Positions 1 through 10,187 of a DNA stretch of 64,000 nucleotides are shown piece after piece. Made by a program: the position numbers and the translations under genes. Below the pieces are notes generated by a model. That model saw nothing but the letters and a program-made list of their open reading frames with translations. It ran no database searches and was not told the origin of the DNA. The first letter of the stretch is position 1. Each line of letters begins with the position of its first letter. The DNA comes from Spirochaetota bacterium (lineage in GTDB: Bacteria > Spirochaetota > UBA4802 > UBA5550): NCBI GenBank assembly GCA_041753395.1, contig JBGSUQ010000029.1, forward strand, positions 20,482-84,481. Direction: 5' to 3'.

Positions 1-203
1 TACGGGCTATCAACGTGGCAGTGTATTTTGAAAAAGATTTGAAAATTGACCCCATACGGCTTGAGGTCGCGTCTTTTTCCAAGTATCGTCCCCTGGTCCC
101 GAACACTTCCGCGAGCAACAGAGCAAAAAACAGAAGGATAGAGATTGTGCTCATCAACAAGGACGTGTATAAGTATCAAAATATGGGAATGAATAAAGAC
201 TGA
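1..203 (+). CDS. OmpA/MotB-family peptidoglycan-binding protein, C-terminal part (gene begins left of window)
   Basis: RLEVASFSKYRPLVPNTSASNRAKNRRIEIVL matches the OmpA/MotB C-terminal 'P..N.....RA.NRRIEI' motif. Confidence 0.8.
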   Translation, partial: RAINVAVYFEKDLKIDPIRLEVASFSKYRPLVPNTSASNRAKNRRIEIVLINKDVYKYQNMGMNKD

Positions 204-239
204 AGATAGATACAAGAGGGTGCTCCCTGTTTTGCATCC

Positions 240-376
240 ATGGCAATGGCAATTTGGCCGTAAGTGCCCTGATTCTCGGTATTTCAGGCTGCAAGAAACA
301 GGGAACCCCGGCCGAAAACGCCGGGAAGGATATCGACCAGAAGGTCAACGAAGGCGAGCAGAAGATCAATAGATAA
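240..376 (+). pseudogene. Small lipoprotein, apparently frameshifted near the start (or TTG-initiated at 254)
   Basis: ATG GCA ATG GCA ATT at 240, then a one-base shift into LAVSALILGISGCKKQGTPAENAGKDIDQKVNEGEQKINR* (254-376). Lipobox-like ISGC. Not in ORF track. Confidence 0.5.
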
Positions 377-408
377 TAGCGCACAACAGGTAAGGGAGGC
401 ATTTTATT

Positions 409-945
409 GTGAAATACTCAAAACACATTATTCTTTTTATCTTAATGGTAGTGGTAGTTTTATCAATGGCATGTGGAAAGTGGTTTCCAGATAAAAAGAC
501 TGTACAAACGGAAATAAATCTTCCGGAATTTTCATTAAAAGATCCTCAAGGTAAAACCTATTCCCGGGAAGATATAATAAAAAATGGAGCTGTCTTCGTT
601 ATTACAGCTCCCACTTTAAAAAATAAAAAAGATCAGGAAGAGTGGGCGAAATATCTTACAAAAGCAAAACATAGTTGCAAAGGTCGTTTGATATTCATTC
701 AAGACATGTCCCCCAGTTCCTTTAAAGGGATAGCTCTAAACGAAATGAAAAAGAAATCTAATCCGGATAAGGAACCTTTACTCCTTATTGATCCAAAAGG
801 AGACACGAGAAGCAAACTCGGTGTTAAAAAAGACTCCACTATTGTTATGGCATACAATAAAGAAGGAATACGCGTTCATGAGGGGAGAGAAAAACCAAGC
901 TATAAAAGTGCTTCTCAAGTTTGGAAATCACTGGATAAAATTTAA
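409..945 (+). CDS. Lipoprotein with redoxin/thioredoxin-like fold, no CxxC
   Basis: GGGAGG RBS; signal peptide ending LSMAC; LPEFSLKDPQGKTYS and LLIDPKG..RSKLGV are redoxin-like. Confidence 0.6.
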   Translation: MKYSKHIILFILMVVVVLSMACGKWFPDKKTVQTEINLPEFSLKDPQGKTYSREDIIKNGAVFVITAPTLKNKKDQEEWAKYLTKAKHSCKGRLIFIQDMSPSSFKGIALNEMKKKSNPDKEPLLLIDPKGDTRSKLGVKKDSTIVMAYNKEGIRVHEGREKPSYKSASQVWKSLDKI

Positions 946-1107
946 GTAATCCCGCCCAGGTCGGGAACCGGATAAAGGTAATTATGCCTGTCAAAGTCCC
1001 ATAACTTTTCCTGAGAAAATTCGTGAGCAAACACGATATATGCACGAAGACAATGATGCGCAAACATAATCAGGCTGGTTATTACCGCGTCCTATGAGGA
1101 ACATGAA

Positions 1108-3042
1108 ATGGAAAAAATATTAGTCGTTGATCATGAATTGTCCACCCTACATTCATACAATACCGTCCTCTCATCGGCCGGATATGGAGTAATTAACGCG
1201 GTAGACGGAAAAAAAGGATTTGAAAAGTATAAAAAAGAAAAGCCGGATCTGGTACTTATGGATGTCATGATACCGGGTATGGAATGGCATGAAACCGCCC
1301 GGCTTATGCGACAGGACAGCAATACACCGCATATGCCGATCATATTCGTATTTGACGCCCTGAATAAAATAGAAAAGAACTTTCATGCGCTGGACTCCAG
1401 AGACACTGACTTTCTTGTCAAACCCGTTGAAGATAAAGCGCTCCTGCTGAAGATACGTGCGTCCTTGCGGATGAAAAAACTGAATGAAGAACTGCTCTCG
1501 ACTAGAAAAATGCTGCGGAAGAGCGAGGCAAAATATTCTACCATCATTAAAACATTGCAGGACGGATACTTCGAGATTGATAAAAACGGCACCATAACCT
1601 TTTTCAATAACGCCACCTCTAAAATTTTTGGCTACCCTGGTGAAAAACTCATGGGCATGAACATACTCATGTTAACGGCACCTGAATCAGTAGGAATAGT
1701 AAAGAAAAATTTTATTGATTTCCAACAGATATGGAAACCAACAAACCTGGTTGAGTATAAAATCGCCCGGGGGGACGGCAGCATCCGGCTGGTTGAGGTT
1801 TCCGCGAGTCTCGTACGTGACGAAAACTCCGATCCTGCCGGATTTCACGGAATAATTAAGGATGTAACTGAGAAAAGGAAAGCAGAGAGGGAAAATCTGA
1901 TTAAGAGTTTTGCCGTCGAGAAATCTATAAATGCTATAGCAATTATGGACATTTTTGGGAACTGTACCTTTGCCAACAATTCCTTTGTCATGATGTGGGG
2001 TTATGATGAAATGAACGCCGTGCTGAGTAAATCCATTATTGACATATGCCATCCGGACAACCGCGATGACTTTATGAATATCCTGGAAGTGTTAAAGGAA
2101 ATCGGCAGCTGGGGAGGAGAGTTGATGCTGAAGAAAAAGGATAATTCCACGTTTTTTGTAATTCTATCAGCAGCGATTATTAAAAGTGAGATGGAAGAAC
2201 CAATGGGCATTATCATGTCCTTCGTCGATATTACACTGCGCAAAAAAGTCGATTATTCATTGAAAGAAAGCAAGGACGTTCTCACCAAACGCAACATGCA
2301 GATGGAAAATGATTTACAAATCGCCCAAACGGCCCTGGGGGACATCATCGCCAAGGATGTGCCAAGCCTCGAATCATTAAAAATTGATTATCGATATTTA
2401 CCCATGGAGAAGCTTGGAGGTGATTATTTCTGCTTTTATCCATACAATAAGGATACCCTCGGTGTTTTCATCTGCGACGTTTCCGGACATGGGATCGGGT
2501 CATCACTCTTCGTGGCACTGTTGAAATCAATAACTGACAAGCTTTCAATGAAATTCGGGGAATCACCGGCTGATTTCATCACTCAGCTCAACCTGGAATT
2601 GATGGGGCATATGTCATCTTTCTATATTACCGGCATATATGGACTATTCACCCATCCCCTCGAATCTGAAGAGATACTATTTTCATACGCTAACGGCGCC
2701 CACCCCGGCCCGATACTTGTTAAGAACAACGGCCAGATACAGCTCCATGCTGCAAAGAGCACGCTGATTGGCATAAATAGCGATATAGTATACAATACAA
2801 ATACGATAAAAATGGGCAAAGGAGACCGGTTATTCCTCTATACCGACGGGATACCGGAGACATCGAATCCAAAGCATGCAATGATCGGTTTTGAAGACAC
2901 CCTTCTTGAATTTTTTAGAAAATCACACCAATTGACGCTCGGTGAAAACCTTGACAATATCATCAGCCAGGTGAGCCGGTTCAGGAGCAGTGCAAAGATA
3001 ACCGATGATATGCTTATCCTTGGCGTCGAGGCTATTGGTTGA
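1108..3042 (+). CDS. Receiver-PAS-PAS-PP2C (SpoIIE/RsbU-type) phosphatase
   Basis: N-terminal REC (ILVVD..PDLVLMD..FLVKP), two PAS/PAC domains, GGDY, CDVSGHG, LYTDGIPE, DDMLIL motifs. Confidence 0.9.
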   Translation: MEKILVVDHELSTLHSYNTVLSSAGYGVINAVDGKKGFEKYKKEKPDLVLMDVMIPGMEWHETARLMRQDSNTPHMPIIFVFDALNKIEKNFHALDSRDTDFLVKPVEDKALLLKIRASLRMKKLNEELLSTRKMLRKSEAKYSTIIKTLQDGYFEIDKNGTITFFNNATSKIFGYPGEKLMGMNILMLTAPESVGIVKKNFIDFQQIWKPTNLVEYKIARGDGSIRLVEVSASLVRDENSDPAGFHGIIKDVTEKRKAERENLIKSFAVEKSINAIAIMDIFGNCTFANNSFVMMWGYDEMNAVLSKSIIDICHPDNRDDFMNILEVLKEIGSWGGELMLKKKDNSTFFVILSAAIIKSEMEEPMGIIMSFVDITLRKKVDYSLKESKDVLTKRNMQMENDLQIAQTALGDIIAKDVPSLESLKIDYRYLPMEKLGGDYFCFYPYNKDTLGVFICDVSGHGIGSSLFVALLKSITDKLSMKFGESPADFITQLNLELMGHMSSFYITGIYGLFTHPLESEEILFSYANGAHPGPILVKNNGQIQLHAAKSTLIGINSDIVYNTNTIKMGKGDRLFLYTDGIPETSNPKHAMIGFEDTLLEFFRKSHQLTLGENLDNIISQVSRFRSSAKITDDMLILGVEAIG

Positions 3043-3049
3043 TATCGTT

Positions 3050-3745
3050 ATGAGAATATTATTGATATTATTCGTTGTATGTTCGATGGCGGCGCCAGGT
3101 GCTGCGGGTGAAAAATATTCATACCGGGAGCGCAAGGGGGGGCAGGAATCGACAAACACCTGGACACGTAGGATGATTAAACCCGGCCGCTTAGAGCTGA
3201 CCGCATCGAAAACAAGCACGGGCGAATTCGATAAAATGATCTGCGACGCCGGTTACAGCACCCTTGAATGGTTTTACACCAATAAAACAAATCACACCAG
3301 TCTCCACGCTGTGAGGGAAAACGGCTCTATCCGGATAACCGGCCAAGTCAAGGGAAAGCCGGTAAATAAAACAATAAAGATAGAGACCGCCGCATGGCAC
3401 CAGTTTTCAGAATTCGCCTTCAGCCGAATGCTAGCGGCCCGTCAGGACAATGTAATCTATTCAACATTCTGGCCTGAAAAAATGTCCTTCTACAAGATGA
3501 AGGCGGCTAAAATCGGCGAGGAGAAAATCCGGGTTGATGGTAAAGAGATCGACACGATAAAGGTTAAGGTAACTCTCACTGGTTTTAAATCCGTTTTCTG
3601 GAGTTCGAATTACTGGTTCCGCAAATCCGATTTTCTCTTTGTAAGCTATAAAGGGGTCAACGGCCTTGCCGGCACTGATGCCACGACCATTGAACTTATC
3701 ACCATATCTACAATCATTGATCGGCCACTTCACAAGTCAAAATGA
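3050..3745 (+). CDS. Secreted hypothetical protein (beta-rich, DUF3108-like)
   Basis: Signal peptide MRILLILFVVCSMAAPGAA; GEEKIRVDGKEIDTIKVKV and YWFR motifs. Confidence 0.55.
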   Translation: MRILLILFVVCSMAAPGAAGEKYSYRERKGGQESTNTWTRRMIKPGRLELTASKTSTGEFDKMICDAGYSTLEWFYTNKTNHTSLHAVRENGSIRITGQVKGKPVNKTIKIETAAWHQFSEFAFSRMLAARQDNVIYSTFWPEKMSFYKMKAAKIGEEKIRVDGKEIDTIKVKVTLTGFKSVFWSSNYWFRKSDFLFVSYKGVNGLAGTDATTIELITISTIIDRPLHKSK

Positions 3746-4029
3746 TAATGAAGCAACCTGGCACTTGTTGATCACAAAGCAACTGGATTTGCGGCCTTTT
3801 ACATAAAATCTAATCTCGCAAAACATTTTTTTAACGACGACAGATTCAGCAAAATCATTACCCTACAATCCGGGCCCCTCCCCCGTATCACAGTTGAAGC
3901 CTGGGTATATTTTTCTTGTTATCACTTTTTACCTTATTTCATACATTAAATATAGCATAATTAAAAAAAGCAAGTTACCCGATTTATTGGTATATTTTAA
4001 ATATCAATATATATAGAAGAGTAATTGCG

Positions 4030-5097
4030 ATGTGGAAAGATGACAAAAATCACACTTTCGGGGAAGAGGGATTTAAAAAAGACCTGAAAGCTAAAAGACT
4101 TTTTGAGTCCGAAACGCGGTACAGACGGCTTTTTGAAACAACTCAGGACGGTATACTCCTCCTCAATAAAGAAACCGGGCAGATAGATGATGCGAATCCA
4201 TTCCTGTGCGGGATGCTAGGTTATTCCAGGGATGAACTGTTGAACAAAAAACTCTGGGAAATAGGACCTTTCGTCGATATAGCCGCTAATAAAGATTCTT
4301 TTGAAAAATTAAAAGTGAACAGCTATATCCGGTACGAAGATCTCCCTCTTAAAACAAAGGACGGTAAGACAATCGTTGTCGAATTTGTAAGCAACGTCTA
4401 TCCAATTAATGGCAAGAAAGTCATTCAGTGCAATATACGGGATATCACGGACAGAAAAAAGCTGGATGATGAAAAAGATAAATTGAACAAGGTTATTAAG
4501 GCATCGGAAACCCGATACAGACGTCTTTTTGAAACAGCCCAGGATGGCATATTGATTCTGGACGAGGCGACAGGTCTGATTAACGATGTGAATCCATTCC
4601 TGTGCAATATGCTGGGTTATTCTCGGGATGAACTTTTGAAAAAAAATATCTGGGAAATAGGACCTTTTGCGGATATTCCCGCCAGCAAGATCGCATTTAC
4701 CGAGCTTAAAGCAAAAAGCTATATACGCTATGAAAATCTGCCTCTGAAAACTAAAGATGGTAAAATTGTCGATGTCGAATTTGTAAGTAATGTTTATACG
4801 GTGGAAAGTTTAAAAGTCATACAATGCAATATTCGGGAGATCACGGAGAGAAAAAAGCTTGAAATTGAAAGAGAGCATCTCATTAAGAGTCTTACGGATG
4901 CCATGGCCAGCATCAAACAGTTGAAAGGTTTACTTCCCATCTGTATGTACTGTAAAAAAATCCGGAACGACAAGGGCTATTGGGAACAGGTTGAAAACTA
5001 CATATCCGACCATACCGAGGCGGAATTCTCTCACGGACTGTGTGATGATTGTTATAAAAAACATTATCCCGATCTGTACGATAAGAAACCCCGGTAA
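4030..5097 (+). CDS. Tandem-PAS sensor with C-terminal Cys/His putative Zn-binding domain
   Basis: Two very similar PAS domains (SETRYRRLFET.QDGIL); tail GLLPICMYCKKIR..GYW..VE.YI..H....FSHGLCDDC. Confidence 0.85.
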   Translation: MWKDDKNHTFGEEGFKKDLKAKRLFESETRYRRLFETTQDGILLLNKETGQIDDANPFLCGMLGYSRDELLNKKLWEIGPFVDIAANKDSFEKLKVNSYIRYEDLPLKTKDGKTIVVEFVSNVYPINGKKVIQCNIRDITDRKKLDDEKDKLNKVIKASETRYRRLFETAQDGILILDEATGLINDVNPFLCNMLGYSRDELLKKNIWEIGPFADIPASKIAFTELKAKSYIRYENLPLKTKDGKIVDVEFVSNVYTVESLKVIQCNIREITERKKLEIEREHLIKSLTDAMASIKQLKGLLPICMYCKKIRNDKGYWEQVENYISDHTEAEFSHGLCDDCYKKHYPDLYDKKPR

Positions 5098-5366
5098 ATC
5101 CTTCATCGATATTTCATCAATTGATTATTATTGTATTAATTCAGCTATTATATCATTATCTTTAAGCCATTCATATGCGAATTTTCCCATTTCAAAGAAC
5201 TGTTTCTTCCGGCTAATCATTGTTCTGTTCAATTCCCTGAAATATGTTATTTCCTTGACGTAACGATCTATCCTTGCAATACATAATAGACTTGATGCAA
5301 ATATAGTTGATTATTGAGTTTCGCAACAAGTCTAATATATATATAAATTTATTCTTGAGGATAATA

Positions 5367-6626
5367 ATGACGGAAAAGAAAGACAAATTGACAATTGCAT
5401 TGGAACAGGGTTTAGAAAGCAATAAATCCGTTATCAAGCATAAAATGTTCGCCCCCACCACGCAGGTTCAAATGGCTTTCCTTGCCAAAGACATGGGACT
5501 ATATCCCTACTTCATCCCGAACTTCGGGCAGATCGGACCGCGCACCCTCATAAACGGGAAAGAGACAATCATGCTCGGCTCGAACAACTACATGGGGTTG
5601 GCCAACCATCCGGAAATGATTCAGACAGGCATCGAGGCTCTTAAGAAGTACGGAACGGGGTGCACGGGTTCCCGTTTCCTTAACGGCACCCTTGACCTTC
5701 ACATCGAACTTGAAGACAAACTCGCTAAATTCTTCAACAAGGAGTCAGCCCTTTGTTTCAGCACGGGAATGCAGGCAAACCTTGGCACCATCGCAGGTAT
5801 AACGACCAAGGATGATCATATAGTATCCGACGAAAACAACCACGCCAGCATCATCGATGGTTGCCGCCTCTCCTACGGTAAAACGCATGTTTACAAGCAT
5901 GATGATATGGACGATCTCGAGCGCGTCCTTGAGTCACTGCCAGCAGGCGGGAACCACTGGGTCGTGACCGACGGTATCTTTTCCATGGAGGGCAACCTGG
6001 CCCAGATACCCCGCATCATCGAGCTTGCCAGGCACCATGGAGCCCGTGTCATCATCGACGATGCCCACGGCATCGGTTATTTAGGAGACCACGGCGAAGG
6101 GTCCTGCGGCCTCTTCAACGTAATGGACCAGGTGGACATCCTCACCGGAACCTTCTCCAAGTCCTTCGCCTGTATCGGTGGGTTCAGTGTCGCCAGCGAA
6201 GAAATCATCCATCACCTCAAGCACCACGCCCGGAGCCTGATCTACAGTGCCTCCATGCCGCCCGTCATGACCGCGTGCGCGATCAAGGCCCTTGAAATAT
6301 TCTACCGTGAGGACGGATTGCGCAAGCAGGTGCTGATAAATGCGGGCAATTTCCGGAAGGGGGTGGAGGCCATCGGCTTCCGAACGGTCCCCCAGCGCAT
6401 CCCCACGCCGATCGTCCCCATCATCATCGGCGACGCCTTTAAAATGTTAAAGATGAACAAGTCCCTCCTCGCAGCCGGGCTCTATACCAATCCGGTCGTT
6501 CCACCCGCCGCTCCCGAGGCCCTCCTGCGTACGTCGCTTATGGCGACCCACACGCAGAAGGACATAGACGACGCCCTCGAAATCCTTCAACGGGTTGGCA
6601 AAAAGGAAGGTGTACTGGAAGGATAA
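5367..6626 (+). CDS. PLP-dependent alpha-oxoamine synthase, serine palmitoyltransferase-like
   Basis: GSNNYMGL, YGTGCTGSRFLNGTLDLH, NHASIIDG, DDAHG, GTFSKS (PLP Lys); GAGG RBS before ATG 5367. Confidence 0.85.
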   Translation: MTEKKDKLTIALEQGLESNKSVIKHKMFAPTTQVQMAFLAKDMGLYPYFIPNFGQIGPRTLINGKETIMLGSNNYMGLANHPEMIQTGIEALKKYGTGCTGSRFLNGTLDLHIELEDKLAKFFNKESALCFSTGMQANLGTIAGITTKDDHIVSDENNHASIIDGCRLSYGKTHVYKHDDMDDLERVLESLPAGGNHWVVTDGIFSMEGNLAQIPRIIELARHHGARVIIDDAHGIGYLGDHGEGSCGLFNVMDQVDILTGTFSKSFACIGGFSVASEEIIHHLKHHARSLIYSASMPPVMTACAIKALEIFYREDGLRKQVLINAGNFRKGVEAIGFRTVPQRIPTPIVPIIIGDAFKMLKMNKSLLAAGLYTNPVVPPAAPEALLRTSLMATHTQKDIDDALEILQRVGKKEGVLEG

Positions 6627-6749
6627 AGATGCATCTCAGCTCCCAATGCCTCCGCAGCCCGGTATAATCGCTTGACACGTTTTACGGTCTGTTTTCAATT
6701 CGGAGCTGTGAATTAGTGAACAGTAAAAATACATACACCGGAAATTATA

Positions 6750-7643
6750 ATGAGATTAATAACACGGCCGGACTTTGACGGCATTGTTTGCGCTGTTCTG
6801 CTTGGAGATGTACTCGACATACATGAGCCCATTGCATGGATAGAACCATATGAATTAATGGACAACGTAAACATAGTGAAGAAAGGCGACATCATCGCCA
6901 ATCTGCCCCATATCGAAGGCTGCACGCTGTGGTTCGATCATCATTTTTCCAATATGACTGACAAGAAATTCGAGGGCGCGTTTGCAATCGCGCCCTCCGC
7001 CGCGCGCGTCATATACGATTATTACAAAGGGGCATTTTCGAAAGATTTCGCCGAGCTTGTAACGGTGACTGACAAAATAGACTCGGCGAATTTCACGTTA
7101 GACGAAGTGCTTAACCCTGAGAATCATCAGTACATTATGCTTTATAACACAATCTCGGGCAGCAACAAAGCGGATGAAAAATACTGGAATAAAGTAGTCG
7201 ACCTTTTAAGCACGAGCAGCATATCGACCCTGATGAGGGATGCCGAGGTAAAGAAGAAATGCGTTCAGGCTCTTGCGCAGGACAAATCATCCGGAAAGAT
7301 TCTAAAAGAGTACACAGTAAGGAAAGAGAACATCACGATAACGGATTTTCGCCCGCTTTCCATTGAGCCGAAGGTCAACAGGTTTATGGTTTATTCGTTG
7401 TTCCCTGATTCTCTCATGAATATAAAGATACGGTACGACAAAACCAACAGAGACAGGGTGATTATAAGCCTCGGGCGGAACATCTTCAACCGGTTGAGTA
7501 AAGTCCATCTGGGGCATCTTGTGGCGCAGTATGGCGGAGGCGGACACGAGGGCGCGGGTTCATGCCATTTTCACGCAGACGGTGCGGATGAAAAGATAAA
7601 CGAAATCATCAAGGTATTGACAGACAACGTGGCAGTTCATTGA
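6750..7643 (+). CDS. DHH/DHHA1-family phosphoesterase (exopolyphosphatase-like/nanoRNase)
   Basis: RLITRPDFDG, WFDHH, GGGGHEGAG motifs. Confidence 0.85.
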   Translation: MRLITRPDFDGIVCAVLLGDVLDIHEPIAWIEPYELMDNVNIVKKGDIIANLPHIEGCTLWFDHHFSNMTDKKFEGAFAIAPSAARVIYDYYKGAFSKDFAELVTVTDKIDSANFTLDEVLNPENHQYIMLYNTISGSNKADEKYWNKVVDLLSTSSISTLMRDAEVKKKCVQALAQDKSSGKILKEYTVRKENITITDFRPLSIEPKVNRFMVYSLFPDSLMNIKIRYDKTNRDRVIISLGRNIFNRLSKVHLGHLVAQYGGGGHEGAGSCHFHADGADEKINEIIKVLTDNVAVH

Positions 7644-7648
7644 ATCCT

Positions 7649-8332
7649 CTATAGATATGTTATGATTTGCCAGACCCCGATGGCTAACACAGCCAGGAAG
7701 ACAATCATCCTCAGAAGAAGGGCAAGGTCCTTACCGCGCAGTAGCGAATGTATTGTCAGAATTGCATACTGGCGGATGAGGCGGGCCACGGTCCTGATAT
7801 CGAGCGTCGAGAAGACCGAGTCGGCTGTGCCGAAGGGGAACATCCGCGGCACGCTGCCCCGACAGTACTCCAGCATCCAGGCACCTTTTTTTATAGAGTA
7901 ATGCTTTATTACTTTTGTTCCCAGGTATGCCGGCGGCGTATGTATGGTATGCACCTCGGGTTCAAAGCGCCCCTCATACTCACAGACCATCTCACCCTGA
8001 ATCATGAAGTCGAACACTTCTGAAGCATAGCGTCCGGAGTGCCCTTCGGTACCAATGCAGGTGCCGAAAAAAATCAGGTATTCCGATAGAGATCCGTGCA
8101 GCAGGTTTAGCTGCCCCATTGCGCCGCCGGCATTGTTGAAGATCCAGTCGTGCCTGGTGCGGATCTGTCCGGGATAGGCTTTGGCCAGTTCCCTGGTGAT
8201 AATATCGAAAGCCTCATGGACCGGTTTCCCGATACCCTTGCGCCGAATTTTATCCAGCACAACGGGGTCGAAAAGATATTTGCGTTTAATCAGACCGATT
8301 TTTTTTTGTTCTTTTTTCAGCGTCACGTTCAC
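7649..8332 (-). CDS. ERG2/sigma-1 receptor family protein (C-8 sterol isomerase-like)
   Basis: YLFDP, WIFNNAGGAMGQLNLLHGSLSEYLIFFGTCIGTEGHSGRY, WMLEYCRG, FGTADSVFSTLD; probable GTG start at 8332 after GAGG. Confidence 0.88.
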   Translation of the reverse strand: MNVTLKKEQKKIGLIKRKYLFDPVVLDKIRRKGIGKPVHEAFDIITRELAKAYPGQIRTRHDWIFNNAGGAMGQLNLLHGSLSEYLIFFGTCIGTEGHSGRYASEVFDFMIQGEMVCEYEGRFEPEVHTIHTPPAYLGTKVIKHYSIKKGAWMLEYCRGSVPRMFPFGTADSVFSTLDIRTVARLIRQYAILTIHSLLRGKDLALLLRMIVFLAVLAIGVWQIITYL

Positions 8333-8491
8333 GTAATACCTCTTTTCAATACTATCGTTAAACTCTATATCTATATTGTATATTTTGCATAAATATTCAG
8401 GAATCAGCAAACTATTCAGCCTCTGGATGACGCTTCCGGCTAATAATACCTGCATCACCAGATGTTCATGATAGAGAAGAAATAAAAAACC

Positions 8492-9487
8492 TTACAGTCC
8501 CAACATCGAATCGAAATTCGGCAGAGAAAAGAAATTGCTGTATAGAAAAATCCCATAGAGGATCATAAGCCCGAGGGCTTCCCATCGGTTTAAAAGTCTC
8601 CCCGATGTTATGAATATCTGTATTATCACCGCCGAAAAAACAAGAAATGGCATGGCAAAGCTTATCATTCCGCTTGATATTGTTATTGGACTGATAAGGG
8701 TGCATATTCCCAGAACAACCAGCTGGGTAAAGATATTCGAAGCATACACTTCGCCGATGGTCACGTCCGCCTTCTTCTTGAATGTCGCCATAAGGCTGAT
8801 GGCCAGCTCGGGAAGGCTGGTGCCAAAGGCAAAAAATACTACTCCCAGAGTCAGGGATGAAATCCCCATAGCAATACCGAGCTTTTCTCCATTAACCAGG
8901 GCCAGTTTGGCGCTGAATATAATTCCGAAAATAGCGGCAATCGCCCAGAGTGCATGAATCCATATACTGCCTTCGGGAGATTCATGGTGCTGATGCTTCT
9001 CTTTCATGGCCTGACGAATCACAGTTATGATATACGGAATGTAGACAAGTATCAGCAGTAAACCATCCAGCCGGGAAAGCTTCCCGTCCATGGAAAGTAC
9101 CATAACCAGGGCAGAGGAAAGTATCATCCAGCTTGATTCCCTGTCCTTTATCTGCTCGTGAATATCAATGGGGCGGATAAAAGCACACAGGGCTGTCACA
9201 AAGGTCAGGGTTACAAAATTGGACCCGATGACGTTACCCACCGAGATATCGGATTTGCCCTCCGCTATGGCGAAACCCGATATCGTCAGCTCAGGTAGAG
9301 ACGAAAGGATACTCACACCGAGAATGGTTACAACCAGTTCATTGACGCGGAAGAATTGTGCAATGGGTGTAATTTTCCGGATAACAATTTCCGAGGATAG
9401 CCACAAAATGGCGATTCCCGTTAGAAATAACAATAGATTAACAATCATATTATTATATTTTTGAACCAGATTATTAACGTCAACCAT
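8492..9487 (-). CDS. Ca2+/Na+ (cation) antiporter, YrbG/CaCA family
   Basis: Two alpha repeats, SSLPEL..GNVIGSN and GTSLPEL..GEVYASN; about 10 TM segments. Confidence 0.9.
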   Translation of the reverse strand: MVDVNNLVQKYNNMIVNLLLFLTGIAILWLSSEIVIRKITPIAQFFRVNELVVTILGVSILSSLPELTISGFAIAEGKSDISVGNVIGSNFVTLTFVTALCAFIRPIDIHEQIKDRESSWMILSSALVMVLSMDGKLSRLDGLLLILVYIPYIITVIRQAMKEKHQHHESPEGSIWIHALWAIAAIFGIIFSAKLALVNGEKLGIAMGISSLTLGVVFFAFGTSLPELAISLMATFKKKADVTIGEVYASNIFTQLVVLGICTLISPITISSGMISFAMPFLVFSAVIIQIFITSGRLLNRWEALGLMILYGIFLYSNFFSLPNFDSMLGL

Positions 9488-9605
9488 TTTACATTACAAG
9501 AACTCCCGACTTGTTGGCCGGCAGTTCTGTTTCGACCGTTGGGCATAATTATTCACTGCTTTTCACAAATATCGTCTATATCATCAAGTTTCTTCTTAGA
9601 TAGAG

Positions 9606-10075
9606 GTGGAGATCAGCAGAATACAACGAGATATTGAAAAACGCCTGCAGACCTTTTCACTCATGTTTATTGACCTGGATAATTCTAAATATTACAATGA
9701 CGCCTTCGGGCACCAGGCAGGAGACCTGATTTTGAAGGAATTCGCCTCGCTGATCAGGTCAGTCACGCGTAATGTCGACATATGTTACGTTTTGGCGGTA
9801 ACGAATTCATCATTATTGTACCGGAAACCGGTTCTGAAGATTCTGTTAATATCATTAAACACACTAACGACAGATTGATACTCCGTAATTATTTTATCCC
9901 ATACCTGGAGCAGTATCTTAAAAGACCGATCACGGTACCGGATGAATATATTCTGGGATTTTCGACAGGAATAACTGAATATAAACCTGGCATGAATATG
10001 GATTCCCTCTTAAACACCGCTGATAATGCCCTCTATAGCGCCAAGAAAAACGGTAAAAAACCAGTATACGGTACG
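9606..10075 (+). pseudogene. GGDEF diguanylate cyclase remnant (5'-truncated, frameshifted near 9782)
   Basis: FIDLDNSKYYNDAFGHQAGD in one frame; RFGGNEF...ADNALYSAKKNGK in another; active site reads GGNEF. Confidence 0.8.
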
Positions 10076-10187
10076 CATGTGTACATCATAGTGCTTTCCA
10101 TGGGAGCCGGTGGATCCACCCGCTGTCTAAAAATCGATCAGCCGCACCTGTTAACGACACGGGTACGGCCATCGTCATCATGGAGGA

